A DNA stretch of 64,000 bases from Nitrospirota bacterium (GCA_963751455.1 CAVVUN010000012.1:352001-416000), one strand, 5' to 3'. Shown: positions 1 to 10,389, numbered from the stretch's first letter. Notes: generated by a model not told the origin, from the sequence alone. Translations and numbers: made by a program.

Positions 1-81
1 CACAAAGACACCAAGACACAAAGTTGAATGTGCATTTTGACTCTAATCTTTTCCTTTGTGTGCTTCGCTGCTTCGTGTGAG
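1..81. repeat. MITE/REP-like imperfect inverted repeat (truncated by window edge)
   Basis: cacaaagacaccaagacacaaag ... ctttgtgtgcttcgctgcttcgtgtgag; 9-nt periodic arms of the same style as the elements at 29478 and ~40420. Confidence 0.55.
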
Positions 82-187
82 ATGCTCTGTTTTTTTCTTT
101 TCGTTTTGCTTCAGTCAAAACTGCCGCCCTGCAGCCTGACCTGCATTTTTTTCTGTATAAATCAGCGAAAATTTACTATACTGTCGC

Positions 188-418
188 ATGGCCAAAATCA
201 ATGCGCTCCGAAAGACCGCACGAGAATGCGCAACATGGAATGGACACAAACTCAGCCGGTTTTCTCCGGCTATGATTTACTCTAACGGAAAACGAGTATC
301 ATTCGCCAGTTGTCTAAAATGCGGCGTGATGGCAGTGGTGGATACTCAACCGCTGCCCAACGACATTGATATCAGCGGGTCCGCCGTAGCCATAAACTGC
401 AAAAGGCGCAAAGAATGA
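188..418 (+). CDS. Small hypothetical protein with CxxC, possibly zinc-binding and phage-like
   Basis: 76-aa ORF with GH...CLKCG...C residues, directly upstream of the RM gene; the phage-like label is recollection, not a search result. Confidence 0.55.
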   Translation: MAKINALRKTARECATWNGHKLSRFSPAMIYSNGKRVSFASCLKCGVMAVVDTQPLPNDIDISGSAVAINCKRRKE

Positions 419-441
419 ATTCTAACGCGGGAGACTGATTA

Positions 442-3400
442 GTGGCTGATATTCAGTCGTTCAGGAAAAACGTTCAGTCGTTAGTCGCAAAATTCGAGCA
501 GGACAGAAACCATCACTGCTCAAAAGGCTATCCTGAAGCGCAGCTCCGCGTTGATTTCCTGAACCCGTTCTTCAATGCGCTCGGCTGGGACCTCGAAAAC
601 CAGTCCAACAAACCGCCCCATGAACGAAACGTAATCGTCGAGCTTTCTCCTGAAACCACCCTCCGTCCTGATTACAATTTCCGAATAAACGGGGACACAA
701 AATTCTTCGTTGAAGCAAAAGCGCCCTGGGTGCCGCTTGACGACGTGAACCACATTATGCAGGCAAAGACCTATGCCTGGTCCACCAAGGAGGTGTTCTT
801 CGTAATTCTCACCGACTTCGAAGAGTTCAAGCTCTTCGATGCTTCTCTCAAGCCCAATCCCAAATATCCTCAGCGAAGGCCTTCTTTACGAATTCAAGTA
901 TACTGACTTATCTTGATAATATCGAGAAGCTTTGGGAGCTTTCCAGGGAACGTGTGGAACAAGGATCGCTGGAAGCCCTGCTGCCCCGAGACCCGAAAAG
1001 CAAGCGACTAAGAATTCCGCCCGACAAGTCATTCCTCGAAGATCTGACCGCATGGCGCACAGAACTTGCCAAGGACATTCACAAGCGCAATCCGGAAATC
1101 GATGTCCATGTACTGAACGATGTTGTCCAGAAGCTTCTTGACCGCATCATCTTCATCCGCATAGCCGAGGACCGGAAGAGCAGACCGGAGCGCGAACTGT
1201 GGGAGATCGTGGCGCAATGGAAGGAAGAGGGCAAGCGCAAATCCATTATGCCCGCGCTCATCGATCTTTTCCGAGAGGTGAACGACGACCTGAACGGCGA
1301 CATCTTCAAGCCCCATGCCTGCGAGAGCGCGGCCGTCGATTCTGAAATCCTCGCGGACATCATCGATAATCTCTATTTCCCGAAAACGCGGTACCGGTTT
1401 GATGCAATCGGCGTGGAACTGCTGGGAAGCATATACGAGCGCTATCTCGGCAGCACAATCCGCGTCACACCAAAACAGGTCAAGGTAGAGGAAAAGCCGG
1501 AAGTAAAGAAAGCGGGCGGCGTTTTTTATACTCCGAAGTTCATTGTCAATTACATAGTCAAGAACACCGTCGGCAAACTTATCGAAGGCAAATCCCCGAA
1601 GCAGATCGAGAAAATAAAAATACTAGATCCGGCTTGCGGCTCCGGATCGTTTCTTCTAGGCGCATATCAATATCTCATTGATTATCATCTCAAGTATTAC
1701 CGTGACCATCCCAAAGACGCTCAAACCCTCTTTCTCGATATCTATGCAAAAGTAAACCCCGAAGACCTCGCCCTGCCACTTAAGGAAAAGGCGAAGATTC
1801 TGCGGAACAACATCTTCGGCGTGGACATCGATCCCCAGGCAGTCGAGATCACAATGATGAGCCTGTATCTCAAAGCACTTGAGGGCGAACGAGGCCTTCT
1901 GCCCCGAAAACAGCACCTTCTCCCATCTCTCACAAATAACATCAAATGCGGCAACAGCCTGATCGGATACGACATCTTCGATGCCCCCGACCAATATTCA
2001 TTATTATCCGTCATTCCAGCGAAGAATTTCGGCGAGCTCAGTCGAGGCGCTGGAATCCAGGGTTCTGGATCCGGATCAAGTCCGGGATGACAAAACAGGA
2101 ACAATGGTCAGACGAAGACCGCGCCCGTATCAACCCCTTCGACTGGACATCCAAATCCACCGGTTTCGGCGACATCCTGGAATCCGGCGGCTTCGACGCC
2201 GTAATCGGCAATCCGCCGTATGTAAGGCAGGAACTCCTCGGCGATTTCAAGAATTACTTCCAGCAGCATTATGAAGTCCTATCACGGGACGGCTGATCTC
2301 TACGCCTACTTCATTGAAAAGGGTGTTTCGCTCCTCAAAAAGGACGGCCTCTTCAGTTATATCGTTGCCAATAAGTGGATGCGCGCAAATTATGGCGAGT
2401 CACTGCGGAAGTGGATGAAGAAGCAGCGAATCGAAGAGATTACTGACTTCGGCGATTTACCGGTATTTGAAAATGCAACAACCTATCCCTGTATTGTGCG
2501 GATTCGGAAAGGAAATGCGGCCATAAAGTTTTCAGCTACGCAGGTGAAGACACTGGATTTCGCTAATCTTGCAGACTATGTTTCTGAACAATGTTATCGC
2601 AGTCAATAGAGCGGCTCTATCGGACGGCGGATGGGCATTAGTGGACGAGCAGTCACAAGCTTTATTGAATAAATTGCAAGCCATTGGAAAACCGCTAGGC
2701 GATTATGTTCAAGGTAAAATCTATCGTGGAGTACTGACAGGGCTTAACGAAGCCTTTGTGATCGATTCCGAGACCAAAAAGAAGCTTATAAAAGAAGACC
2801 GAAAAAGCTCAGAATTGATTAAACCCTTTCTGCTCGGGCGCGATGTAAAACGGTATGAATCGTCGAATGGCAACAATTATTTAATCTTCACTCGACGTGG
2901 TGTTGATATTAAGAAATATCCGGCCATCGAGGAACATCTATTGCCGTTCAAAAAAAGGCTTATGCCGAAACCGGCCGATTGGAAAGGCGGCGATTGGCCC
3001 GGACGTAAGCCAGGGCCTTATAAATGGTATGAAATCCAAGACACGATTGATTACTATGAAGAGTTTGAAAAGCCAAAGATCATGTGGCCCGAGATTGCGG
3101 GCAGTGCTCGGTTTGCCTACGACGATACCGGCTATTACGCGAACAATAAAGTCTTTATTATTCCAGACGGATCAAAATATTTGCTCGGTTTATTAAATTC
3201 TTCCCTCCTCCGTTTCTTTATCGAAAACAACTGCACAGACCTACAAGGCAATAGCTATAACTTTTCGGGTATATTCGTCAGCAGGACACCGATCCGCACC
3301 ATCGACTTGAATGACCCAACTGAAAAAGCAATTCATGACAAGCTCGTTTCCCTCGTAGATCGTATGCTTGACCTCCATAAAAAGAAAGCCGCTCTTCCTC

Positions 3401-3519
3401 CGTCCGCCGAACGCGAAAAAATCGAACGCGAGATCGCTGTGACGGATGAAAATATCGATGAAATTGTTTATAGGTTGTATGGGATTACGAAAGAAGAACG
3501 TAGAATCATAGGAGAGTAG
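442..3519 (+). CDS. Type IIG restriction-modification enzyme (Eco57I-like: endonuclease + N6-adenine MTase + TRD), split by several single-base frameshifts
   Basis: Pieces 442-906 (RPDY...FVEAK nuclease motif), 954-2090 (FYTP, motif I ILDPACGSGSFL), 1946-2296 (motif IV GNPPY), 2271-2609 (ADLYAYFIEKG), 2569-3519 (TaqI_C-like TRD ending VYRLYGIT) join collinearly. Confidence 0.88.
2010..2091. repeat. REP-like palindrome (GTCATTCC...GGAATCCAG...CTGGAT...GGATGAC) inside the MTase coding region, with a nested TTCGGCGAGCTCAGTCGA unit
   Basis: gtcattccagcgaa[gaatttcggcgagctcagtcgaggc]gctggaatccagggttctggatccggatcaagtccgggatgac read directly from sequence. Confidence 0.8.
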
Positions 3520-3521
3520 CA

Positions 3522-4202
3522 GTGGATTATGACATTCCCGATGAAGAGGATCGTAAGTATAGAGATTTTGAAGAATACAATCTGCGTAAAAAATACGATC
3601 AATATTTAAAGCTGGCAAAGACAGAAAAAGAGATGCAAGTTTTTTTTGAAATTAACCCCATTTTTTTGCCAGGGCTTTACGATAGACACAACGGTCCGCT
3701 TGGTGATGTCGTAATCTCTAAGCTTGGACTAGCAGAGGAATATGAAACGGACTTCGCCTTTCTTTCAATTGATTCCGCAAGAATACAAATAACATTAATC
3801 GAAATAGAATCGCCTCGGTTAAAGATTTTTCGTAATTCCGATCATCATTTTACGTCTACCTTTAACAAGGCCATGCAGCAGATGCGCGATTGGATTGAGT
3901 GGGTACAAACTCATCAGGCCCATTTAAAAGAAGTGTTAAGAGATGTTTATTTTGGAAGTGTTTTTAGAAATCAGCATGTCATGACGAAGGTTATCGTTGT
4001 CGCAGGAAGAAGAAAAGATGTTGAGCGAAATTCTATCAGGGAAAAAAGATGGGCTGGCTTGAATGCATCTATTGCAAATAACGAAGTCGTAACTTACGAT
4101 CATCTTGCATATGGAATGGTCCCGTCTTTTTACCTTTTGAAAAATCTAATTTGCAGGCCTAAAAGATACGTGATGCAGACTCTGAGGCATATAAGATTTT
4201 AA
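3522..4202 (+). CDS. sduA: Shedu (SduA/DUF4263)-family anti-phage nuclease, compact form
   Basis: EKEMQVFFEINP...TDFAFL...LIEIESP...FNKAMQQMRDW...VVAGRR...VVTYDHL matches the DUF4263 motif order; starts 2 bp after the RM stop. Confidence 0.78.
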   Translation: MDYDIPDEEDRKYRDFEEYNLRKKYDQYLKLAKTEKEMQVFFEINPIFLPGLYDRHNGPLGDVVISKLGLAEEYETDFAFLSIDSARIQITLIEIESPRLKIFRNSDHHFTSTFNKAMQQMRDWIEWVQTHQAHLKEVLRDVYFGSVFRNQHVMTKVIVVAGRRKDVERNSIREKRWAGLNASIANNEVVTYDHLAYGMVPSFYLLKNLICRPKRYVMQTLRHIRF

Positions 4203-4215
4203 GACAGAAGGATAA

Positions 4216-7200
4216 ATGAAGAAATTTCAATGGAAGCGGTTTTGGTGTCCGCCTGAAGGAAAAGCAAGGTTTGATAAGTCAGGATATTTAACTGATGCCG
4301 ACGGACCATACGCAAAATATTTAAACCCTGATGTTGTTTCTTTTGAAAAAATAAAAAATGTCCCTTGCTTGATTCTGTTAGGAGAACCGGGGATCGGTAA
4401 GTCACAAACTATTCAGGATGAACAAAAAATTATAATAAAGGAAAAGGTATCTGACGAAAATATCATTGTTGCAGTCAATTTGAAGGAATATGGTAGCGAA
4501 GATCGATTAAAAAAAGATCTCTTCGAGTCAAAAGTTTGGAGAGAATTTATTGCAAACAAAAAGAAGCTGCACTTGTTTCTTGATAGCTTGGACGAAGTAC
4601 GTCTTCGAATTCCTCATGTATCCTCTTTAATCTTGTCTGGGTTAAAAGAAGCTCCAATTGAGCGTATTTCATTTAGGATAACATGTCGATCAGCGGAATG
4701 GCCGTGGAGTTTTAAGGAAGGCCTGGAGTCATTATGGCATAAAGACGCCGTTAAAGTATTTGAGCTTATGCCTTTAAGGCTAACTGATGTCCAAGAAGCA
4801 GCTTGTCAATTAAAAATTGATGTTGAAGCGTTTATTCAAGCTGTGAATGAAAAAAAGGCTGGCGCACTGGCGGCAAAGCCTGTAACCTTAAAATTTTTTC
4901 TCAATATCTTTAAGAAAGACGGTCATCTGCCAGATTCGCAAATTGAGTTATATGAGAAAGGTTGTCTGCATTTATGTGAAGATCCTGATCTTGAACGCCG
5001 GGAAAAGAGGCAACTAAGCAAGAGATATGCCGGTCATCTAAATAATAAACAGCGTCTTAATATTGCATCAAGAATAGCGGCTGCTCTGACATACAGCAAC
5101 TATTACGCTGTTTACAAAGATATCGACGAAGGCAACATCCCCGATGATTGCATCTGCCTTGATGATCTGACATCTGGAAAAGAGAAAAATGATTCTGATT
5201 TGTTCGACATTAGAGTTGATTCAATCCAAGAAACATTGAGAACGGGATTGTTTAATTCACGTGGCGCTCAGATGATGGGCTTTGCACATCAAACTTTTCT
5301 CGAGTTTCTGGCGGCCCGTTACATCAAAGACGCTCCTATTGAGCAAATTAGATCTTTACTGAGTCATCCGCATGATAATGGCAGACTGGTACCGCAATTA
5401 CATGAAACAGCCGCCTGGATCTCTCAGCAGAGGCAGGATGTCTTGTCTTGGATCGTATCGATTGAACCAGAAATCTTACTGAGAAGCGATGTCTCAAAAG
5501 AAGATGTTAAAACCAAGGAAATAATTGTATCCGCACTGCTCGACAGATTTCTGTCGCAGGAGTTGTTAGATGACCGAATCTTCCGAGATCATTATAGTAA
5601 ACTGAATCATCCAAATCTTTTTAAACAGCTCGAACCAATTATTCCTAATAAAGCACTACCGAGAGAGGCACGTTTTGTTGCAATTCAAATTGCCAAAGCT
5701 TGTAATTGCAGGCATGTTCAACGTATTTTGGCAAATGTGGCTCTTGATTCATCCGAAGATTACTATATTCGCTTAAAAGCAGCAGATGCTACCTGGTCAA
5801 TAAACGACGATGAAGTAAGAATAATTCTTGAACCTCTAGCGGAAGGTAGAGCAGGTGATGACCCAGATAGCGGTTTACGTGCTTATGGTTTTCGATGCAT
5901 GTGGCCGAAACATTGGACGCCAATAAAACTATTATCCAATATTATTAACCCTCCAGAAGAACTCATAGGCGGGGCTTGCAATGCCTTCCTGGAACACGAA
6001 TTTATTCCTCAATTACCAGCTATAGATTGGTCTAACGACCTTCCCGCAGCATTAGCGATCGTAAAAAACTGGTCCGTTCGAGAACGACGAGGTGAACTCC
6101 TTGGAACAATTTCTGATGGAATAATTATTTCTGCATGGAAGTTAGTTCCGAAGTTGGAAATAATGCAAGGACTCGCAGAATTAATTCTGGAAAGGTTAAA
6201 AACTGATCAGCCCATCATGTATGGGCAGGACGGTAAACACTTAAGTAATGATGAGTTAAAGCGCCATGCATTTATAGGTTTTTTAATTGAAAAATTCGAT
6301 TTTGGTGAGAGATCAATCGATCACTTTATTTATGGTGAAACACCGCTGATTTTAAGGCCAGATTTTCCCTGGTTACTTCAACAATTATCAATTTGTTCAG
6401 CAGAACGGAAGCGGATTTGGGCTCATTGCATAATGGGCACCTTAAGAGACGACCATCCTGTTTCATGGATTAGCGATTTTCTTGACCTTCGACTACGAGA
6501 GCCGATCCTCCAAGAGATGTACCATGTATTTTGGCCTCTTGATTCAGACATCAGTAAAAATGCAAAGAATAGCTATTTGAGGGCGCTCTATTGGCAAAAT
6601 CGCCATAGCAAGGAGGAAGTCAGAGATAAAAGATCGCTTTACGAAGTAGTTGCGACTGAGATAGAAGCCATGAAATCAGATAGCATTGATCACTGGCACA
6701 ATATTACCTTTAATGTATCAGCAGACCGGGAAAAAGGTATTCTTGACTGGCCCGTAAATATAGTAGACACGATAGGATGGAAAACATTAGAAGATATAAC
6801 ACAGCAGCAAATCAGAGAAGCTGCGTTAATGTTTTTAAAAAATTATGTGCCGGAAAATACTTCATGGTTCGGAACGGGGCGTCATAATTGGGAGATCGCC
6901 TCTACATATTTGGCAATAGAACTAATAGCCGGTGATCAAGCGAAGGTTAACGCGATACCGAATGAAGCATGGCGCCGATTTATTCCATACATGATAGATT
7001 CTCCATTAAGTAACGATAGCACAACTCGCTGTTTGTTTTTGAGAATAGCCTTAGAAAAGGCCCCAGCTGATACTCAGAATTATTTCGTGCGATTTATAGA
7101 CCGTGAGAACGAACGTCATGGCTGCATATTCTTTATAAATCAATATCAAGATTGTTGGCCGGACGAATTTACACGTCCGTTTATGGAGAAGCTAGCTTCA

Positions 7201-8400
7201 AAAACGCTGAAGCCCGGAAGTTTCCGTAGTCTAATTGAATTTTCTATAAAAAAAGGATTCGTCGGTGTAGAAGATCTACTTGTTAGCACTGTTATGGGAA
7301 ATCATGAAGATCAATCCCAAGAGCTTATAGCCGAAGCTGCCGCATCACTCTTGGTGTTTTATCAGAACAAACATTGGGATCTATTGTGGGGAATTATTCA
7401 AAATCAGAATGCCTTATCCCAAAAAATTGTTGAAAATATTTTTTCTAATCAGACAAGTGACTGGAAATTTGTCGACAAATTAGCTGAAGATGCGCTGGTA
7501 AGTCTGTATCTATTTCTCTCCCATAATGGCATCTTTACAGATCAACCTGCCTCTGGGAATGACATTACGCCTCTCATGAGGATCGTGGAAATTCGAAAGG
7601 TATTGCTTATGGCTTTAGTTAGGAGAGGAACAAGCAAAGCTTGCGAATCAATAAAATTACTAATGGAGAAGTTGCCGCAAGAGCGAGATGCAATTATTTG
7701 GAAGTTAAGAGAGGCTCAGGAAAACACATTGAGAAAAACATGGCGACCTCCAACGCCATCTCAGATAATAAAGCTTTTACAGCGCGAAGATAGAAGATAT
7801 GTTGAAAATGAAGAGCAATTGCTTTCAGCGATTATTGAATCACTGCAAAGGTTCCAGGAGTTTAGCCAAGGAGAGTTGACGCCTGTCGAGCGTCTGTGGA
7901 TTTATGAGGGAGGAGGGCATAAGAGACATAATTTTAAGCCAAGAGATGAAGAGAGCCTTTCTGATGAAATTGCACTCTGGTTAAAGCAGGATATCGGACC
8001 ATCGAAAGGAGTGATTATAAATCGAGAGGTCCAACCACGGCGAGGTCAAAAAACGGATATATATGTAAGCGCTGTAAATGCAGGTCACAAAAACGGCGAT
8101 GAAGAAATTCTAGAAGTCGTCATTGAAGTTAAAGGATGCTGGAACGTCGAAGTATTATCGGCCATGGAAGTTCAATTGCTGAATGAGTATATGATTCAAA
8201 ATAAAATAAAAAAAGGTGTGTACTTGATCGGCTGGTTTTTATGCGACAAGTGGAAGCAATCTGATTATAGAAAGGCACAAACTCCACCATTATCTTTGCT
8301 CAATTTTAAAGCAGAGATGGCATTACAGGGCAGTGCTCTTAATAAAAGATACGACAACTTTTATATTTCTCCCGTAATTTTAGATTTAACACTTCAGTGA
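4216..8400 (+). CDS. NACHT/STAND P-loop NTPase with helical-repeat region and C-terminal PD-(D/E)XK-like domain (candidate defence protein)
   Basis: Walker A LLGEPGIGKS, Walker B LFLDSLDE, ITCR sensor, winged helix FAHQTFLEFLAARY; C-terminal DEESLSD...NREV...TDIYV...IEVKG. Confidence 0.8.
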   Translation: MKKFQWKRFWCPPEGKARFDKSGYLTDADGPYAKYLNPDVVSFEKIKNVPCLILLGEPGIGKSQTIQDEQKIIIKEKVSDENIIVAVNLKEYGSEDRLKKDLFESKVWREFIANKKKLHLFLDSLDEVRLRIPHVSSLILSGLKEAPIERISFRITCRSAEWPWSFKEGLESLWHKDAVKVFELMPLRLTDVQEAACQLKIDVEAFIQAVNEKKAGALAAKPVTLKFFLNIFKKDGHLPDSQIELYEKGCLHLCEDPDLERREKRQLSKRYAGHLNNKQRLNIASRIAAALTYSNYYAVYKDIDEGNIPDDCICLDDLTSGKEKNDSDLFDIRVDSIQETLRTGLFNSRGAQMMGFAHQTFLEFLAARYIKDAPIEQIRSLLSHPHDNGRLVPQLHETAAWISQQRQDVLSWIVSIEPEILLRSDVSKEDVKTKEIIVSALLDRFLSQELLDDRIFRDHYSKLNHPNLFKQLEPIIPNKALPREARFVAIQIAKACNCRHVQRILANVALDSSEDYYIRLKAADATWSINDDEVRIILEPLAEGRAGDDPDSGLRAYGFRCMWPKHWTPIKLLSNIINPPEELIGGACNAFLEHEFIPQLPAIDWSNDLPAALAIVKNWSVRERRGELLGTISDGIIISAWKLVPKLEIMQGLAELILERLKTDQPIMYGQDGKHLSNDELKRHAFIGFLIEKFDFGERSIDHFIYGETPLILRPDFPWLLQQLSICSAERKRIWAHCIMGTLRDDHPVSWISDFLDLRLREPILQEMYHVFWPLDSDISKNAKNSYLRALYWQNRHSKEEVRDKRSLYEVVATEIEAMKSDSIDHWHNITFNVSADREKGILDWPVNIVDTIGWKTLEDITQQQIREAALMFLKNYVPENTSWFGTGRHNWEIASTYLAIELIAGDQAKVNAIPNEAWRRFIPYMIDSPLSNDSTTRCLFLRIALEKAPADTQNYFVRFIDRENERHGCIFFINQYQDCWPDEFTRPFMEKLASKTLKPGSFRSLIEFSIKKGFVGVEDLLVSTVMGNHEDQSQELIAEAAASLLVFYQNKHWDLLWGIIQNQNALSQKIVENIFSNQTSDWKFVDKLAEDALVSLYLFLSHNGIFTDQPASGNDITPLMRIVEIRKVLLMALVRRGTSKACESIKLLMEKLPQERDAIIWKLREAQENTLRKTWRPPTPSQIIKLLQREDRRYVENEEQLLSAIIESLQRFQEFSQGELTPVERLWIYEGGGHKRHNFKPRDEESLSDEIALWLKQDIGPSKGVIINREVQPRRGQKTDIYVSAVNAGHKNGDEEILEVVIEVKGCWNVEVLSAMEVQLLNEYMIQNKIKKGVYLIGWFLCDKWKQSDYRKAQTPPLSLLNFKAEMALQGSALNKRYDNFYISPVILDLTLQ

Positions 8401-8428
8401 AAAACTTGATTCGAGAAGACAAAAGACA

Positions 8429-8971
8429 ATGAGAATATTTAAATCAGAAATGTTATTAGCAGATCCACTTAATGATGTTGCGAGAAGGACCAGGCGGGCT
8501 CTTATGACGTTTTGTTGTATTAGTATTATAGCTACACAGATGGGTTTAATGCCACAAGAAATTCAAAATTTAGGGATAAAATTTACAGATGCGAACAGAG
8601 AAGCGTTTTTCACTCTTATGACGGTCGCTATATTATATTTGGGTCTATCTTTCATGCTTTATTCATTTAGTGATTTTATTAATTGGTATTTAACGAATGT
8701 AAAGCCTCATTACCACTTACAGTATGAAGAAGAAAAAGGCCTTGTTCGAACAGCGATTGAAATGAATAAAACAAGTGAGACTAAAAGTGTTCATGAAATG
8801 CACGACAAGCTGAATAAAGAGATTGAGCAACAGGTTCAGATCAAGATGAATAAAATATTGATATGTTCATTACCGTTAGTTCTTATCCGGGTTGTAATAG
8901 ACATTTTATTTCCGATTGCTTTGGCCGTATATTCCACTTATAAAATGATTGGTAACGCTAAGTGGAGCTAA
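8429..8971 (+). CDS. Small membrane protein (about 3 predicted TM helices), hypothetical
   Basis: 180-aa ORF with hydrophobic stretches, 28 bp after the NACHT gene, same AT-rich composition. Confidence 0.65.
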   Translation: MRIFKSEMLLADPLNDVARRTRRALMTFCCISIIATQMGLMPQEIQNLGIKFTDANREAFFTLMTVAILYLGLSFMLYSFSDFINWYLTNVKPHYHLQYEEEKGLVRTAIEMNKTSETKSVHEMHDKLNKEIEQQVQIKMNKILICSLPLVLIRVVIDILFPIALAVYSTYKMIGNAKWS

Positions 8972-9047
8972 TCTGCAAGCCTTGGATTTGATTGCTGCGA
9001 GGTAGTTGGGTGCGTTCGTTTTTATCTTTTCTTGATGAGATCCATTT

Positions 9048-9351
9048 ATGGTAGATAAATTAAAAAAGGAGATCTGGTCCAATGGAAAACTGCAGCGCGA
9101 GGTCAGAGGCGAGTTAAGGAAGGTAAAGTTTTCGCTATAGTCCCTCCTGGCACTCACCTGCCGAAGCTGTTGAATTGGCTGGGCAGAGCGCAAGACACGA
9201 TGTTCAAGTCAGATTTGAATTAATGTTTTCTCATTTTGAGTATTGGACGCGAAAAGATATATCGTATTTAATACGAGTCGATGATAACGAGACGACTCCA
9301 ATGCCTAAGTTATATTGGCCTCGCGCGACATGGCTAAAAAAGTTACATTAG
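9048..9351 (+). pseudogene. Frameshifted small ORF missing from the ORF track (about 100 aa, phage-like hypothetical)
   Basis: Joining frames gives MVDK/IKKGDLVQWKTAARGQRRVKEGKVFAIVPPG...RKDISYLIRVDD...PKLYWPRATWLKKLH*. Confidence 0.45.
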
Positions 9352-9380
9352 CCGATTCCCTCTAAACTTTTTGATGGGTT

Positions 9381-9440
9381 TCGGTGGACAGAGCAGCGGT
9401 TTCCTAAACCGCGTGCCGGGTGTTCGAGTCATCACCAGGA
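9381..9440 (+). tRNA. Decayed tRNA-Arg(CCT) fragment, probable att scar; not a functional tRNA
   Basis: gtggacagagc-a-gcggt-ttcctaa-accgc-gtgcc-gggtg-ttcgagt-catca: perfect anticodon arm with CCT and a T-loop TTCGAGT, but no 5' acceptor stem and mismatched D/T stems. Confidence 0.7.
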
Positions 9441-9575
9441 AGATAAAATATAGAATTTCAGTTTACCGATAGGATTAAACGACGCAGATTGTTTCTGGTT
9501 GTCGAGTGACACCCAAACTATGGCGGTAAAATATAAAGAGGAAGCCAATCCATCGCCTCCAGGGAGATCGATGCC

Positions 9576-10106
9576 ATGAGCGGTATATCCCAGGTAATCG
9601 CAATGATCAATCAATTGGAAGAAGATGGCATCATCGAGCGTTACGCTATCGGGGGAGCGGTGGGCGCAACCTTCTACCTTGAGCCTGTCGCAACGCTTGA
9701 TGTCGACATATTCGTGGTGTTCCGACCGGAGGCTGGACGAAGTCTGGTGAGTCTCCAACCGATCTTCGACTACCTTACGACCCGTGGCGGCGTCATCGAG
9801 GGCGAATATGTCATCATCGCCGGATGGCCCGTGCAATTTCTCCCGCTCACGACCCCGCTGGTCGAGGAGGCGCTCGCTGATGCCGTCACGGTGCAAGTGG
9901 AGGGAATGCCTGCGCGGGTGTTCACCGCCGAGCACCTTGCTGCCGTCGCGCTCCAGACCGGCAGGCCCAAGGACAAGGCGCGTTTGCTTCAGTTTGTCGA
10001 GTCCGGCGCGATCGAAGCCGGTCATTTCCAGGCTATCCTTGCCCGGCATGGGCTCGACAAGCGATGGCGGGAGTTTGAACGGACGTTCCTATCGGGTGCG
10101 AAATGA
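9576..10106 (+). CDS. Nucleotidyltransferase-fold protein
   Basis: YAIGGAVGA...TLDVDIFV (GG...DxD) motif and C-terminal GRPKD. Confidence 0.7.
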   Translation: MSGISQVIAMINQLEEDGIIERYAIGGAVGATFYLEPVATLDVDIFVVFRPEAGRSLVSLQPIFDYLTTRGGVIEGEYVIIAGWPVQFLPLTTPLVEEALADAVTVQVEGMPARVFTAEHLAAVALQTGRPKDKARLLQFVESGAIEAGHFQAILARHGLDKRWREFERTFLSGAK

Positions 10107-10327
10107 CCTTTGATCTCAAACGAATGCTTGAAAGCAAAAAAGCGCTGCGCCTAAAACTCGCCGCTCGCCCTCTGGCGGAGAAGCTCGCCATGCTCGACGC
10201 TCTGCGCGAACGCACGCTTGCGATCCGCGAGGCAGCCGGATCCATGCGTCATCCCGCCGTGCGTGAGGCCCCGGAAAAATATCGGACCGGACAAAATACG
10301 GGGGGAAAACGTCGCGCTGAGAAATAA
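10103..10327 (+). CDS. Small helical protein translationally coupled to the nucleotidyltransferase
   Basis: ATGA start/stop overlap at 10103-10106; basic helical 74-aa product. Confidence 0.6.
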   Translation: MTFDLKRMLESKKALRLKLAARPLAEKLAMLDALRERTLAIREAAGSMRHPAVREAPEKYRTGQNTGGKRRAEK

Positions 10328-10389
10328 CAATGAGACTTGACGCAGGACAGATGTGAGACGTTCGAATGGCTAGCCTAAAGGAGCCTCTC

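Noticed and set aside
9381-9440. Functional tRNA-Arg
   Set aside because: The acceptor stem cannot form and the D/T stems are mismatched; kept only as a remnant.
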